Source: an uncultured Caulobacterales bacterium (GTDB lineage Bacteria > Pseudomonadota > Alphaproteobacteria > Caulobacterales > Maricaulaceae). From it: DNA of 64,000 bases. Made by a program: the position numbers and the translations under genes. Below the pieces are notes generated by a model. That model made no database searches. It was given only the letters and a program-made list of their open reading frames with translations, and had not been told where the DNA came from. This document shows, one piece after another, positions 44,486-54,646 of the stretch. The DNA lies in assembly GCA_964352785.1 (NCBI GenBank), contig CAYGTI010000017.1, positions 4,494 to 68,493 on the forward strand, written 5' to 3'. How positions within the stretch are numbered: the first letter of the stretch is position 1; every line of letters starts with the position of its first letter.

Positions 44486-45420
44486 GCCGCAGCCCCAAAT
44501 TTTAGTTTTGCGATTTTCTCGGCTGTACCCAGTGCCGCCGAGGTCATAATGTCGAGATTACCTGCATAGGCTGGTAGGTAATGCCCGGCACCTTCGACTT
44601 CGAGAAAAACGGTGACTTTCATGCCCTCATAGGTCCCAAGTCCGGGGATATGTAGCTTATTATTTCCGGAAAAATTCTCAAACTGTACATCCTGTTTTAA
44701 GCGGTAACCCGGCACATAGGCCTGCACATCACTGACCATCTCCGCCACGGACTTGCGGATATTAGCCTCGTCTCCGCCCACAGATAAAGCGTAGACCGTA
44801 TCTCGCATGAGCATAGGAGGTTCTGCCGGGTTTAAAATGATGATTGCTTTGCCTTTTTGTGCGCCGCCAACGCTTTCTATGCCGCGCGCCGTAGTGCGCG
44901 TAAATTCATCAATATTGGCGCGGGTGCCCGGTCCCGCCGAGCGGGACGAAACCGACGCGACGATTTCTGCGTATGGTACGCTTTGGCTCACGCGGGTGAC
45001 AGCATGTACAATCGGGATCGTTGCTTGACCACCGCAAGTGACCATGTTCACATTTGGCGCATCAAGATGTTCGTCTATATTGACGACAGGCACGCAGTAA
45101 GGGCCAATAGCGGCCGGCGTTAAATCAATCATCTGCTTGCCTTGGCTCGTGCAAATATCTGAATGCAGTTTGTGGGCATAGGCAGATGTGGCATCAAAAA
45201 CGATATCAACATCAGGCCAAATATCCAGCGCTTGCGCCCCGTCTATGCCTGTGTGGCTGGTAGAAAAACCGCGATTCCGGGCCATAGCCAGACCTTCCGA
45301 AGCTTCATCGATACCAATGACGCAGCCCACGTCTAAAATGTCTGACATATGCTGTATTTTCAGCATCAGATCTGTACCGATATTTCCGGAGCCGATAATA
45401 GCTGTTTTTATTTTAGCCAA
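44482..45420 (-). CDS. dmpF: acetaldehyde dehydrogenase (acetylating)
   Basis: 312 aa with the Rossmann motif [13 protein letters not shown] and the catalytic Cys context [12 protein letters not shown]. It overlaps dmpG by 4 nt, as in known DmpFG pairs. Confidence 0.9.
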   Translation of the reverse strand: MAKIKTAIIGSGNIGTDLMLKIQHMSDILDVGCVIGIDEASEGLAMARNRGFSTSHTGIDGAQALDIWPDVDIVFDATSAYAHKLHSDICTSQGKQMIDLTPAAIGPYCVPVVNIDEHLDAPNVNMVTCGGQATIPIVHAVTRVSQSVPYAEIVASVSSRSAGPGTRANIDEFTRTTARGIESVGGAQKGKAIIILNPAEPPMLMRDTVYALSVGGDEANIRKSVAEMVSDVQAYVPGYRLKQDVQFENFSGNNKLHIPGLGTYEGMKVTVFLEVEGAGHYLPAYAGNLDIMTSAALGTAEKIAKLKFGAAA

Positions 45421-45633
45421 TGCTGGCTCCTGTTATTCTGTGTTTAGGGTCAATATTTCAGACTTGCTCAGCATCTTTGCTGAACTTCCAGCGTTATTGC
45501 TAGCATATAAAACAATCGGATAAAATGTTTCCGCGTAAGAAACCTCCAAAAAAAGTACGCAATTTTATGACTTTGAAGAAAATTATGCTCACTTTGCGTA
45601 AGAAAATGAAAGTTTGGTGACTTTTATGTATCG

Positions 45634-45703
45634 TTGATTTTTCAACATTTGTTGATTTTGTCGCAGGGCATTTTGTCCGCTCGCCGTGCTCACATTTTTG
45701 TGA
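45634..45703. promoter_or_regulatory. palindromic/direct-repeat elements upstream of ccoN (possible FNR/FixK-family operator region; the spacing is non-canonical)
   Basis: GTTGATTTT occurs twice (about 45633 and 45651). There are two 14-bp palindromes: TCAACATTTGTTGA (45642..45655) and TCACATTTTTGTGA (45690..45703). They lie 40-110 nt upstream of the ccoN ATG. Confidence 0.3.
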
Positions 45704-45743
45704 TAATCGTGTGATCGTAATAAATCAGGGGGTTTGTACGCTT

Positions 45744-47444
45744 ATGTCACAGCAAGGTTTCGCATCGCATATTAAAGAGGATGGATCGGCTCTTCCGATC
45801 TTTGCTATATTGATCCTCGGGTTTTTCTGGGCGCTTTTCGCTTCGGCACCTACGGGTGTTCCTGCTATGGTTTATCCCACCTTGGAAATGCATGGTTATA
45901 TGATGGTGGCGGGATTCCTGATCGGGATACTTGCACTTGTTTATAAAATTTCGCAGGGCAAACTAATTATTGACCAGACGGAGTATGAGGACGGCGTTAT
46001 CAAGGCCGGAGTCATTGCGACAACGTTTTGGGGCATTGCGGGTATGTTGGTGGGGGTTATTATTGCGTGCCAACTCACGTGGCCAAATATCTTCTATTTT
46101 GAAAACCTGCCTTGGACGAATTTTGGACGGTTACGCCCTCTCCATACATCGGCAGTTATTTTTGCATTTGGCGGTAATGCGCTGCTTGCGACATCATTTT
46201 ATGTGGTGCAACGCACCTGCCGTACCCGGCTTGCCGGCGGTATGTGGCCTTGGTTTGTTTTCTGGGGTTATCAGTTTTTCATCGTTTTGGCGGCTACGGG
46301 TTATTTGGCGGGTATTACGCAATCCAAAGAATATGCTGAGCCTGAGTGGTATGTCGACATCTGGTTGACCATTGTCTGGGTTGCGTATTTGCTCGTATTC
46401 CTTTGTACGCTCGCTAAACGTAAAGAATCGCATATCTATGTAGCGAACTGGTTCTATCTGGCCTTTATTGTCACGGTTGCAATCCTTCACTTGGTCAATA
46501 ATTTGGCACTTCCGACAGGTATGTTTTCAGCGAAAAGCTACTCTGCCTTTGCGGGTGTGCAGGACGCTATGACCCAGTGGTGGTACGGACACAATGCTGT
46601 GGGCTTCTTCCTAACGGCTGGCTTCCTCGCGATTATGTATTATTTTATACCGAAGCGCGCTAACAGACCGGTCTGGTCTTATAAGCTGTCCATTGTTCAC
46701 TTTTGGGCTGTTATCTTCATCTATATATGGGCTGGACCGCACCACTTGCACTTCACAGCCCTGCCGCAATGGGCACAGACGCTTGGAATGGTATTCTCTA
46801 TAATGTTATGGATGCCGTCTTGGGGTGGTATGATTAATGGCTTGATGACGCTTTCCGGGGCGTGGGATAAGCTGCGCACAGACCCCGTCCTGCGTATGTT
46901 GGTTGTCTCTGTGGCATTTTACGGCATGGCGACGTTTGAAGGCCCTCTCATGTCGATCCGTACGGTTAACGCTCTGTCGCATTACACAGACTGGACAATT
47001 GGGCATGTGCACTCCGGTGCATTGGGCTGGAACGGCTTTGTCACATTCGGGGCGCTCTATTGCCTTGTGCCGTGGCTCTGGAAAAAGAAAGATCTATATT
47101 CCAACCGTCTAGTCGAGTGGCATTTCTGGCTCGCCTCTATTGGTATTCTTTTCTACATCACGTCGATGTGGGTCGCAGGTATCATGCAGGGATTAATGTG
47201 GCGGACTTACACCAGCTTTGGTTTCTTGGAATACTCTTTCATTGAAACCGTCTCTGCGATGCATATTTCTTATGCCGTACGGGCGCTGGGCGGCGGCTTG
47301 TTCCTCGCAGGTACACTGATCATGGCGTATAATATCGCGATGACAATCAAGGGACGCGGGGACGCGCTCGCGATTGATGGCGAAGCCCCGGTTGCGAATA
47401 AACCCTTCTTAAAAGACGCCGAACCTGTGTTGGCAGGAGAATAA
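45744..47444 (+). CDS. ccoN: cbb3-type cytochrome c oxidase subunit I CcoN
   Basis: Twelve or more TM helices and haem-copper oxidase motifs ([50 protein letters not shown]). The start is moved to ATG 45744, preceded by AGGGGG. Confidence 0.95.
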   Translation: MSQQGFASHIKEDGSALPIFAILILGFFWALFASAPTGVPAMVYPTLEMHGYMMVAGFLIGILALVYKISQGKLIIDQTEYEDGVIKAGVIATTFWGIAGMLVGVIIACQLTWPNIFYFENLPWTNFGRLRPLHTSAVIFAFGGNALLATSFYVVQRTCRTRLAGGMWPWFVFWGYQFFIVLAATGYLAGITQSKEYAEPEWYVDIWLTIVWVAYLLVFLCTLAKRKESHIYVANWFYLAFIVTVAILHLVNNLALPTGMFSAKSYSAFAGVQDAMTQWWYGHNAVGFFLTAGFLAIMYYFIPKRANRPVWSYKLSIVHFWAVIFIYIWAGPHHLHFTALPQWAQTLGMVFSIMLWMPSWGGMINGLMTLSGAWDKLRTDPVLRMLVVSVAFYGMATFEGPLMSIRTVNALSHYTDWTIGHVHSGALGWNGFVTFGALYCLVPWLWKKKDLYSNRLVEWHFWLASIGILFYITSMWVAGIMQGLMWRTYTSFGFLEYSFIETVSAMHISYAVRALGGGLFLAGTLIMAYNIAMTIKGRGDALAIDGEAPVANKPFLKDAEPVLAGE

Positions 47445-47445
47445 G

Positions 47446-48180
47446 ATGCTCAAAATTCATCAATATCTCGAAAAGAAATCCTTCGCTCTAATGCTGGGCA
47501 TTATCGGTGTAGTATCCATCGGGGGTCTCGTGGAAATCGCGCCGCTTTTTTATGTTGATAACACCATCGAAGAAGTTGAGGGTATGCGCCCTTATACGCC
47601 GCTAGAGCTAGCAGGGCGCAATATCTATATTCGCGAAGGATGTTACACATGTCACTCCCAAATGATCCGGCCACTCCGCGATGAAGTTGAGCGTTACGGC
47701 CACTATTCTTTGGCGGCTGAATCTATGTACGATAGACCCTTCCAGTGGGGATCAAAACGTACGGGTCCCGATGTTGCGCGAGTTGGCGGAAAATATTCTG
47801 ATGAGTGGCACAAGCTTCATTTGGAAAACCCCCGGGCGGTTGTACCCGAGTCTATCATGCCCCCCTACAAATTCCTCAGCAAACGCAAGCTTGATTACAA
47901 GAATATTGCAAGTGATTTGAAGGCAAACCAAAGGCTTGGCGTGCCCTATACGGACGAAATGGTTGAACTCGCGGTGTCGGATTTAAAGACGCAACTTGAT
48001 GAATATGCCGACGATTATGACGGCTTTGTCGCGCGTTACCCGAAAGCGGTTCTGCGCGATTTCGATGGTGATGCGAGCAAAATTTCGGAAATGGATGCTA
48101 TGATTGCCTATCTTCAAATGCTCGGTACCCTGGTCGATTTTGACGAGTATGAAGCTGAAAAAGATGAGAACTTGCGATGA
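47446..48180 (+). CDS. ccoO: cbb3-type cytochrome c oxidase subunit II CcoO (monohaem)
   Basis: 244 aa with an N-terminal anchor, the haem motif CYTCHSQ and the segment [18 protein letters not shown]. Confidence 0.95.
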   Translation: MLKIHQYLEKKSFALMLGIIGVVSIGGLVEIAPLFYVDNTIEEVEGMRPYTPLELAGRNIYIREGCYTCHSQMIRPLRDEVERYGHYSLAAESMYDRPFQWGSKRTGPDVARVGGKYSDEWHKLHLENPRAVVPESIMPPYKFLSKRKLDYKNIASDLKANQRLGVPYTDEMVELAVSDLKTQLDEYADDYDGFVARYPKAVLRDFDGDASKISEMDAMIAYLQMLGTLVDFDEYEAEKDENLR

Positions 48181-48341
48181 GCTACGACACAATTTCACAT
48201 ATCGCGAAGCTTGGCGGCACGGTGTTCTTTACGGGCTTTTTCACGTTGACCATCATTTACGCCCTTTGGCCCAAAAACAAAGCGCGGTTTGACCGCGCAG
48301 CGCAGTTACCGCTGCTAGATACCGACCACCCAGAAGTCTGA
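48177..48341 (+). CDS. ccoQ: cbb3-type cytochrome c oxidase subunit CcoQ
   Basis: This 54-aa ORF is below the track cutoff. My translation is [54 protein letters not shown]. It has a single TM helix, an ATGA overlap with the ccoO stop and the canonical position. Confidence 0.75.
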   Translation: MSYDTISHIAKLGGTVFFTGFFTLTIIYALWPKNKARFDRAAQLPLLDTDHPEV

Positions 48342-48349
48342 GACGGATT

Positions 48350-49252
48350 ATGCAAAACGAACCAAAAGTTGATGAAATTTCAGGCACTGAGACAACGGGC
48401 CATGAGTGGGACGGGATTGAGGAACTTAATACGCCTATGCCGCGTTGGTGGTTGGGTTTGTTTTATGCGTGTATTGCTTGGGCAGTAGTTTACGCAATTT
48501 TAATGCCGTCAATTCCTTTACTCAAAGGTCATTATAAAGGCGTGCTTGGATTGTCTGATCGGGCGGCCGTCGCTGATGAAATTAGGACTGAACAAGCCAA
48601 GCGCTCCGTTATGGGTACGCGCTTGATTAATGCGGATCTCCCAACGATCGCTGCGGATCCAGATTTGTTCCGTTATGCGATGGCTGCGGGTAGGTCGGCA
48701 TTCGGTGATAATTGCGCGACCTGTCATGGATCTGGTGCTCAAGGTTTCAAAGGTTACCCCAACCTTAATGATGATATTTGGATATGGGGTGGCTCTTACG
48801 AGGATATTCGACAAACTTTGACCGTAGGTATTCGAGCCACTCACGATGAGACCCGCATTGGCTTGATGCAAGCCTTTGGCCGAGACGAGCTTTTGAGCTC
48901 TGATCAAATCAAAGACCTGACCCAGCATGTGCTCAGCTATTCTAGCCGAGAGACGGATGTCGAGGCAGCGGTTAGAGGCTCAGAGTTGTTTCAGCTACAA
49001 TGCGCGTCATGCCACGGCGTAGAAGGTTTGGGAGACCGTACGCAGGGTGCGCCGAATTTAACCGACGCCGAATGGATTTATGGCGGTGAGGCCGACGACA
49101 TTCGCACATCGCTTTACTACGGACGTCAAGGGGTTATGCCAAATTGGAACGAAAGACTCACGCCGGATACCATTGCTGCATTGGCCGTTTATGTCCACTC
49201 GCTGGGCGGCGGCGAAACACCAGTCGGTGCGCTTCCGGAATCAGAAGGTTAA
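48350..49252 (+). CDS. ccoP: cbb3-type cytochrome c oxidase subunit III CcoP (dihaem)
   Basis: 300 aa with the N-terminus TTGHEWDGIEELNTPMPRWW and two haem motifs, CATCHG and CASCHG. Confidence 0.9.
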   Translation: MQNEPKVDEISGTETTGHEWDGIEELNTPMPRWWLGLFYACIAWAVVYAILMPSIPLLKGHYKGVLGLSDRAAVADEIRTEQAKRSVMGTRLINADLPTIAADPDLFRYAMAAGRSAFGDNCATCHGSGAQGFKGYPNLNDDIWIWGGSYEDIRQTLTVGIRATHDETRIGLMQAFGRDELLSSDQIKDLTQHVLSYSSRETDVEAAVRGSELFQLQCASCHGVEGLGDRTQGAPNLTDAEWIYGGEADDIRTSLYYGRQGVMPNWNERLTPDTIAALAVYVHSLGGGETPVGALPESEG

Positions 49253-49266
49253 ATCCCTAAACCATT

Positions 49267-50757
49267 ATGACGACTCTGATTGACAATACCGAGCCGCGCA
49301 AAACCGCTGCTCCGGGTGTAGAACAGTCACGCGCGGTTGCGACATCACCCTCTACGCCGCAAAGTCTGTATGCCAAGCGGGTAAAGCTTTATCCAAAGCT
49401 GGCACACGGGTTTTACCGGAACATTAAATGGGTCGCGCTGTTTGTATTACTCGGCATTTATTACATTACGCCATGGATCAGGTGGGATAGAGGACCGGAT
49501 CAACCGTCTCAGGCTGTCTTGGTTGATTTTGAACATGCCCGTTTCTATTTCTTCTTTATCGAGATTTGGCCTCAAGAGGTTTATTATATCACGGGTTTAC
49601 TGATCTTGGCGGCTCTTGGTTTATTCCTTGCGACGTCATTATTTGGGCGGGTTTGGTGCGGATATGCGTGTCCACAAACCATATGGACAGATTTGTTTAT
49701 TCAGGTCGAAAAGTTTTTCGAAGGTGATCGCAATGCACGCATGAAATTGGACAAAGCGCCGTGGACCGCCAAAAAGATTTATAAAAAAACGGCCAAGCAT
49801 TTTGTTTGGCTTATTATTGCGGCAGCGACCGGCGGGGCGTGGATTCTCTATTTCCATGATGCGCCCACCATTGCCCGGGACTTTCTAAGCGGTCATGCTC
49901 AGCTAACCTCATATGTCTTTATGGGTATTATGACGTTTACTACCTATACTCTTGCGGGTCACATGCGAGAGCAGGTTTGTACATATATGTGTCCATGGCC
50001 ACGGATTCAGGCCGCCATGATTGATGAAGAAGCGCTAAATGTCACCTATCGATATGATCGGGGCGAGCCGCGCGGGCCACATAAGAAAGGCGCGACGTGG
50101 GACGACCGCGGGGACTGTATTGACTGCCGTCAATGCGTCGCTGTTTGCCCGGTTGGTATTGATATTCGTGATGGACTACAGCTTGAATGTATCGGCTGCT
50201 CGCTTTGCATTGATGCGTGTGATGAAATCATGGTCAAAATCGATCGCCCGAAAGGGCTGATTGCATTTGATACGGATGCGAATGTGCAGCGTAGACTAAA
50301 TGATGAGAAGCCCAAGTTTAATCTCGTGCGTCCTCGAACTGTGGTCTATGCGATTTTATTTACAGCGGTCGGGTGTCTGATGCTGTTCTCCCTGCTCACC
50401 CGGACAACACTGGATTTAAACGTTTTGCGTGACCGGCAGCCTAATTTTGTACGCTTATCTGACGGGTCGATCCGCAACGGTTATACGGTAAAGGTTTTGA
50501 ATAAAGCAACTCAACCACGTGATTTAGTGCTCAGCGTTGATATGCTAACGTCGCCGATTATTACGGTTGCCGGGCAGCCAGCAGAGTCGCAAACCACATT
50601 TCGTGTACCGGCTGATGAAACCATGGACTTCAAGGTCTATGTGGCAGAGGATGATGTCGCAAATCTTGAAAAGAAGACGGATATGACGTTTTTGATTACA
50701 GATCAAACAACAGGTGAAGTAGCAAAACGTCGTGCAATTTTCATTAGTGGTGAGTAG
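49267..50757 (+). CDS. ccoG: cytochrome c oxidase accessory protein CcoG/FixG (4Fe-4S)
   Basis: 496 aa with TM helices and the ferredoxin motifs CTYMCPWPRIQ and CIDCRQCVAVCP...CIGCSLCIDAC. Confidence 0.9.
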   Translation: MTTLIDNTEPRKTAAPGVEQSRAVATSPSTPQSLYAKRVKLYPKLAHGFYRNIKWVALFVLLGIYYITPWIRWDRGPDQPSQAVLVDFEHARFYFFFIEIWPQEVYYITGLLILAALGLFLATSLFGRVWCGYACPQTIWTDLFIQVEKFFEGDRNARMKLDKAPWTAKKIYKKTAKHFVWLIIAAATGGAWILYFHDAPTIARDFLSGHAQLTSYVFMGIMTFTTYTLAGHMREQVCTYMCPWPRIQAAMIDEEALNVTYRYDRGEPRGPHKKGATWDDRGDCIDCRQCVAVCPVGIDIRDGLQLECIGCSLCIDACDEIMVKIDRPKGLIAFDTDANVQRRLNDEKPKFNLVRPRTVVYAILFTAVGCLMLFSLLTRTTLDLNVLRDRQPNFVRLSDGSIRNGYTVKVLNKATQPRDLVLSVDMLTSPIITVAGQPAESQTTFRVPADETMDFKVYVAEDDVANLEKKTDMTFLITDQTTGEVAKRRAIFISGE

Positions 50758-50761
50758 GTGA

Positions 50762-51256
50762 ATGGCAAAGGGTAATGCGCGCAAAAAAGAGCTTACGGGG
50801 CGGCATGTTTTAGTCATGCTGTTGGCCTTCTTTGGCGTTATGTTTGCGGTTAATGGCTACTTTACGGTTGCGGCCGTGTCGTCGTTCCGAGGGGAGGATG
50901 TACCGCGCTCCTACCGTCAAGGTCTTGAGTATAACAAAACAATAGAGGCTCGAACGGTACAAACGGGTTTGGGGTGGACGGCCAGAACAAATCTGATTGA
51001 GACTGAGGGTAATCTACCGATTTTAATTTTAATGTTACAAGATGCAGATGGCCGCGGCTTGGAAGGGGTTTCCTTTGAGGCTGTCCTTCGCCATCCAACG
51101 GATACAATGAATGATACGGTGATTACATTCGAGGGCACAGGCGCTGGACGTTATGTGGCCCCCATTGATGTGGCATCCGGGAACTGGGATGTTCGTGCCA
51201 CGGCGATTAAAGGCCTTGATCGATTTAAGCTACGGCAAAAAATATGGGTCAATTAA
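50762..51256 (+). CDS. ccoH: FixH/CcoH family protein
   Basis: 164 aa with an N-terminal TM helix (HVLVMLLAFFGVMFAVNGYF) and the motif SYRQGLEYN. It sits between ccoG and ccoI. Confidence 0.8.
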   Translation: MAKGNARKKELTGRHVLVMLLAFFGVMFAVNGYFTVAAVSSFRGEDVPRSYRQGLEYNKTIEARTVQTGLGWTARTNLIETEGNLPILILMLQDADGRGLEGVSFEAVLRHPTDTMNDTVITFEGTGAGRYVAPIDVASGNWDVRATAIKGLDRFKLRQKIWVN

Positions 51257-53472
51257 CGCCAATTTCGCCAAAAAAAATAGGGTGTCCCTCCGGATTGCAA
51301 GATGTCCCTATATCTGAGACGGACCCAAATGCTGCCAAGCTCGATTTAACGTATTTTGTCAGCCATAAAGACGGCCTTTCGGCAATTGACCTTATCGTGC
51401 AAGGGGCGCATTGCGGTGGCTGTATGGCTAAAATTGAGCGCTGTATGAAGGCGATTGACGGCGTAACAACCGCCCGTATGAACCTCTCGGCGATGCGGTT
51501 GCATCTGGCTTGGAAACAGGACAAAACGGATCCGCAGCAACTCATTCAGACACTGACAGATTTAGGTTATGGCGCTGCGCCCTACGCCGCTAATGATGCC
51601 CAGGTGCAGTCTGAAAACCGCCTGAAATCATTACTCAAGGCTCTGGCTGTGGCCGGATTTGCGATGACGAATGTGATGCTTCTTTCTATCGCCGTCTGGT
51701 CAGGTCATGGGGAGATGAGCTTGTTCACCCATAATATGCTGCATTGGGTATCCGCTTTGATTGCCCTGCCGGCCATCGCTTATGCCGGGCAGCCCTTTTT
51801 CCGCTCTGCATGGTCTGCGCTAAAAAGCGGGCGCACCAATATGGATGTCCCGATCTCACTGGCTGTATTTCTAGCCTGCGCATTAAGCATTTATGAGACG
51901 GTCAAAGGTAATCCGGATACTTATTTTGATGCCGCTTTGATGCTGTTATTCCTTTTACTGATCGGGCGGTATTTGGACGCAAAGTTGAGGTTTAAAACCG
52001 GAGAAGCCGCTCAGCGTCTTGCAGCAATGCAGTCTACTTCCGCAACACGGATCAAGATTGACGGTGGTCTTGAGACAATTCCGGCTATTCAAGTCCGCGC
52101 GGGTGATCACCTCTTAATTCCGACGGGACAGCGTATTCCGGTTGATTCTCAAATTATTGAGGGCAAGTCCGAGATTGATAATCAAATCGCAACAGGCGAG
52201 AGTCTGCCCGAGTTGATGGGCCCGGGCGATATGATTTATTCGGGAACATTAAACCTAACGTCGCCTTTGACCGTTAAGGCTGCCGCCCGGCATGAAGACT
52301 CTTTTTTGTCCGAGATCACACGATTAGTCGAGGCCGGGGAGCAAAGTAAGAGCCGGTTTGTCAAGATTGCTGACCGTGCCTCCCGTGCCTATGTACCGAT
52401 TGTTCACACGCTTGCTATCGCTACTTTTTTGGGCTGGCTTTTGATGGGGGCAGACCTTCGGCCCGCTGCGCTTAACGCTATTGCCGTTTTGATTATAACA
52501 TGCCCCTGCGCGCTAGGGCTTGCAGTGCCTGCGGTACAAATCGTGGCAAGCGGGCGGTTGTTCAGCCAGGGTATTTTTGTACGTTCCGGCGATGTGTTAG
52601 AGCGGCTCGCTAAGGTTTCCCATGTTGTTTTTGATAAAACAGGAACTCTGACTCAGGGAAAATTTCAGCTCGTGAATGTGGCTGAGCTTTCGCCGGTCGC
52701 CATAGAGACGGCGGCGGCATTAGCGTCTCAATCACGGCACCCTATTTCAAAAAGCTTGCATGCTTATGTTGGCAGGATCAAGGCTAGTGATGTGTCTGAA
52801 GTGCCAGGGCAAGGGCTCTCGGGTCTTATTGACGGCGAGCTTGTGAGCTTCGGCGCACGTGGTGACATACCGCCGGGTGATGACGTTTTAACAGAGAGTT
52901 GGCTCCGCCGTGATGGAGATGACCCCATAAGATTTGTGTTCTCCGACACTGTGCGAACTGACGCTAAATCCACAGTCCAAGCGATGAAGGCTTTGGACCT
53001 GTCTACAGAACTGCTGTCCGGTGATAAAGCTGCGATTGCGGCTCACCTTGCGGGGCTACTTGGGATTTCGCAAGCTACGGGCGGGGTGTCGCCGCAGGAC
53101 AAGCAAATCCGCTTGAAAGACTATGAGAGCCAACACAGCCTCACTTTGATGGTCGGCGACGGCATTAACGATGCCCCCGCATTGGCGGCAGCGCATGTCT
53201 CAGCGTCTTTGGCAACGGCGTCTGATATTAGCCGCGCCGCGTCCGATATGATTTTGCAAGGCGATCAACTTGCCAGCTTGCCAAAGGCGGTTGAAATTGC
53301 GCGAAAAGCGCACCGCCGAATGATTGAAAACCTTAGTCTTGCTGTAATTTATAATTTTATAGCTGTGCCGCTCGCGGTGTTTGGGTTTGTAAACCCCTTG
53401 ATCGCTGCGCTTGCGATGTCGGGGTCATCTTTGATCGTTACCCTTAATGCCCTGCGGATGATGCGCGCATGA
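51244..53472 (+). CDS. ccoI: copper-translocating P1B-type ATPase CcoI/FixI
   Basis: 742 aa with the HMA-like CGGC motif, the CPC transport motif (ITCPCALGLA), the phosphorylation site FDKTGTLT and the hinge MVGDGINDAPALA. Confidence 0.9.
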   Translation: MGQLTPISPKKIGCPSGLQDVPISETDPNAAKLDLTYFVSHKDGLSAIDLIVQGAHCGGCMAKIERCMKAIDGVTTARMNLSAMRLHLAWKQDKTDPQQLIQTLTDLGYGAAPYAANDAQVQSENRLKSLLKALAVAGFAMTNVMLLSIAVWSGHGEMSLFTHNMLHWVSALIALPAIAYAGQPFFRSAWSALKSGRTNMDVPISLAVFLACALSIYETVKGNPDTYFDAALMLLFLLLIGRYLDAKLRFKTGEAAQRLAAMQSTSATRIKIDGGLETIPAIQVRAGDHLLIPTGQRIPVDSQIIEGKSEIDNQIATGESLPELMGPGDMIYSGTLNLTSPLTVKAAARHEDSFLSEITRLVEAGEQSKSRFVKIADRASRAYVPIVHTLAIATFLGWLLMGADLRPAALNAIAVLIITCPCALGLAVPAVQIVASGRLFSQGIFVRSGDVLERLAKVSHVVFDKTGTLTQGKFQLVNVAELSPVAIETAAALASQSRHPISKSLHAYVGRIKASDVSEVPGQGLSGLIDGELVSFGARGDIPPGDDVLTESWLRRDGDDPIRFVFSDTVRTDAKSTVQAMKALDLSTELLSGDKAAIAAHLAGLLGISQATGGVSPQDKQIRLKDYESQHSLTLMVGDGINDAPALAAAHVSASLATASDISRAASDMILQGDQLASLPKAVEIARKAHRRMIENLSLAVIYNFIAVPLAVFGFVNPLIAALAMSGSSLIVTLNALRMMRA

Positions 53473-53633
53473 CGTCTATTTTGTGGCTGATACCGCTGGC
53501 ATTGTCTTTAGGCGGGCTCGGCCTGTGCGCTTTTTTTTGGGCCATAAGATCAGGCCAGTTTGAAGATACACAAGGTGACGCGCAGCGTATTTTAATGGAT
53601 GATGAGGGCCCCATCGTGGACGATGAGGGCTAA
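53469..53633 (+). CDS. ccoS: cbb3 oxidase maturation protein CcoS/FixS
   Basis: This 54-aa ORF is below the track cutoff. My translation is MTSILWLIPLALSLGGLGLCAFFWAIRSGQFEDTQGDAQRILMDDEGPIVDDEG. It has an ATGA overlap with the ccoI stop and the conserved SGQF.D motif. Confidence 0.8.
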   Translation: MTSILWLIPLALSLGGLGLCAFFWAIRSGQFEDTQGDAQRILMDDEGPIVDDEG

Positions 53634-53640
53634 GCGCTCT

Positions 53641-53895
53641 TTAGGCCACTGGGTGGCTGTTGTCTTCATCACTGCAGACGAGGTCTTTGGTACAGCAAAT
53701 CGCGTGGCAGGCTTTCGGGTGAGGCAGAGGGCGCTCATCTTTTTGTGAATCGACCCCCAAATCTAATTTAATGAGTTTGCCTGAGCCGCAGACAGGTAGC
53801 CATAGAGCATTATCCTTAGCAAACATTGGAGCGCCCGCACTCGCAATAGGCGCGCTGCCCAAAACAAGGGCCAAGCATATGGCTAAACGTCTCAT
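53641..53895 (-). CDS. small exported Cys/His-rich protein
   Basis: The start is moved to MRRLAICLALVLGSAPIASA (comp 53893..53895). The mature ~64 aa contain five Cys, including KACHAICC. It is convergent with ccoS. Confidence 0.4.
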   Translation of the reverse strand: MRRLAICLALVLGSAPIASAGAPMFAKDNALWLPVCGSGKLIKLDLGVDSQKDERPLPHPKACHAICCTKDLVCSDEDNSHPVA

Positions 53896-54073
53896 ATTAA
53901 CCGTATAACACAAGAATATCATTCTGTGAAAAACAAACCTATCGTAATGGGCGAAATGCCGCGTTTTCAAATGTACTAATTCTTTATCCAAGGATCATGG
54001 TTAACCCCGTCTTAACGGCTTGCATGCAGCCTGAGCCATATGATTCGTTGCTGTTTATTTCTTGGAGTCAATT

Positions 54074-54646
54074 ATGGCGCTGACAGCCCCGCTTAGTAAA
54101 ACTGCCATAGCAGCCTTGTTGCTCTGCGGTCTTGGTCTTTCCGCTTGTGCGGTGCAGCCCGGAGCATCGCGTTACGGAGGTGAGTGTGTCGACCCGTGCG
54201 GCATGTCATATGCAACCGGGCATTACGGCGGCGCTCAATACGCCGCCCTGACATATTACCAGATGCCGGATTATCTAAATTCTCTATCATCCGACCCCGC
54301 CCTTCGCGTGCCAGGTACTGAATTGTCCGGCTCACACATGAGTTCATATAGTGGACAAGCTTTTGGAAGCGCGTTGGAATGTCCTGCTGGGACAACGCTC
54401 CAAGCAAACGGAACATGTCTTCAGAGCGGATCATTTACCGCAGATCAGGTCACGCACAGCACATATAGCGCGCCTTCATCAACGCAAGTGAGCGGTGATA
54501 TGCTAAGCTGCCCGGCGGGCACAAGTCTGCAAACAGATGGAACCTGTCTTCAAGGCTCGATTACGATTTTCGATCAAAGCCATACGGGCGGTTACAAACC
54601 CACACCACCAAAACAAACGCAATATTACAGACCGGCTCGTAAATAG
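54074..54646 (+). CDS. lipoprotein with duplicated CPAGT.LQ..GTCLQ motif
   Basis: Lipobox GLGLSAC. There are two copies of CPAGT(T/S)LQ(A/T)(N/D)GTCLQ(S/G) about 50 residues apart. The start is set at ATG 54074. Confidence 0.5.
   Translation: MALTAPLSKTAIAALLLCGLGLSACAVQPGASRYGGECVDPCGMSYATGHYGGAQYAALTYYQMPDYLNSLSSDPALRVPGTELSGSHMSSYSGQAFGSALECPAGTTLQANGTCLQSGSFTADQVTHSTYSAPSSTQVSGDMLSCPAGTSLQTDGTCLQGSITIFDQSHTGGYKPTPPKQTQYYRPARK

Noticed and set aside
36450-45420. Calling the accessory-looking patch a mobile genomic island
   Set aside because: I see no integrase, transposase, tRNA attachment site or flanking direct repeats. The compositional difference is judged by eye only, so I report the genes but no mobile_element feature.
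45634-45647. TTGATTTTTCAACA as a canonical FNR/FixK box upstream of ccoN
   Set aside because: The TTGA and TCAA half-sites are separated by 4 nt, not 6 nt. I kept it only as a low-confidence regulatory region and did not call it an FNR site.
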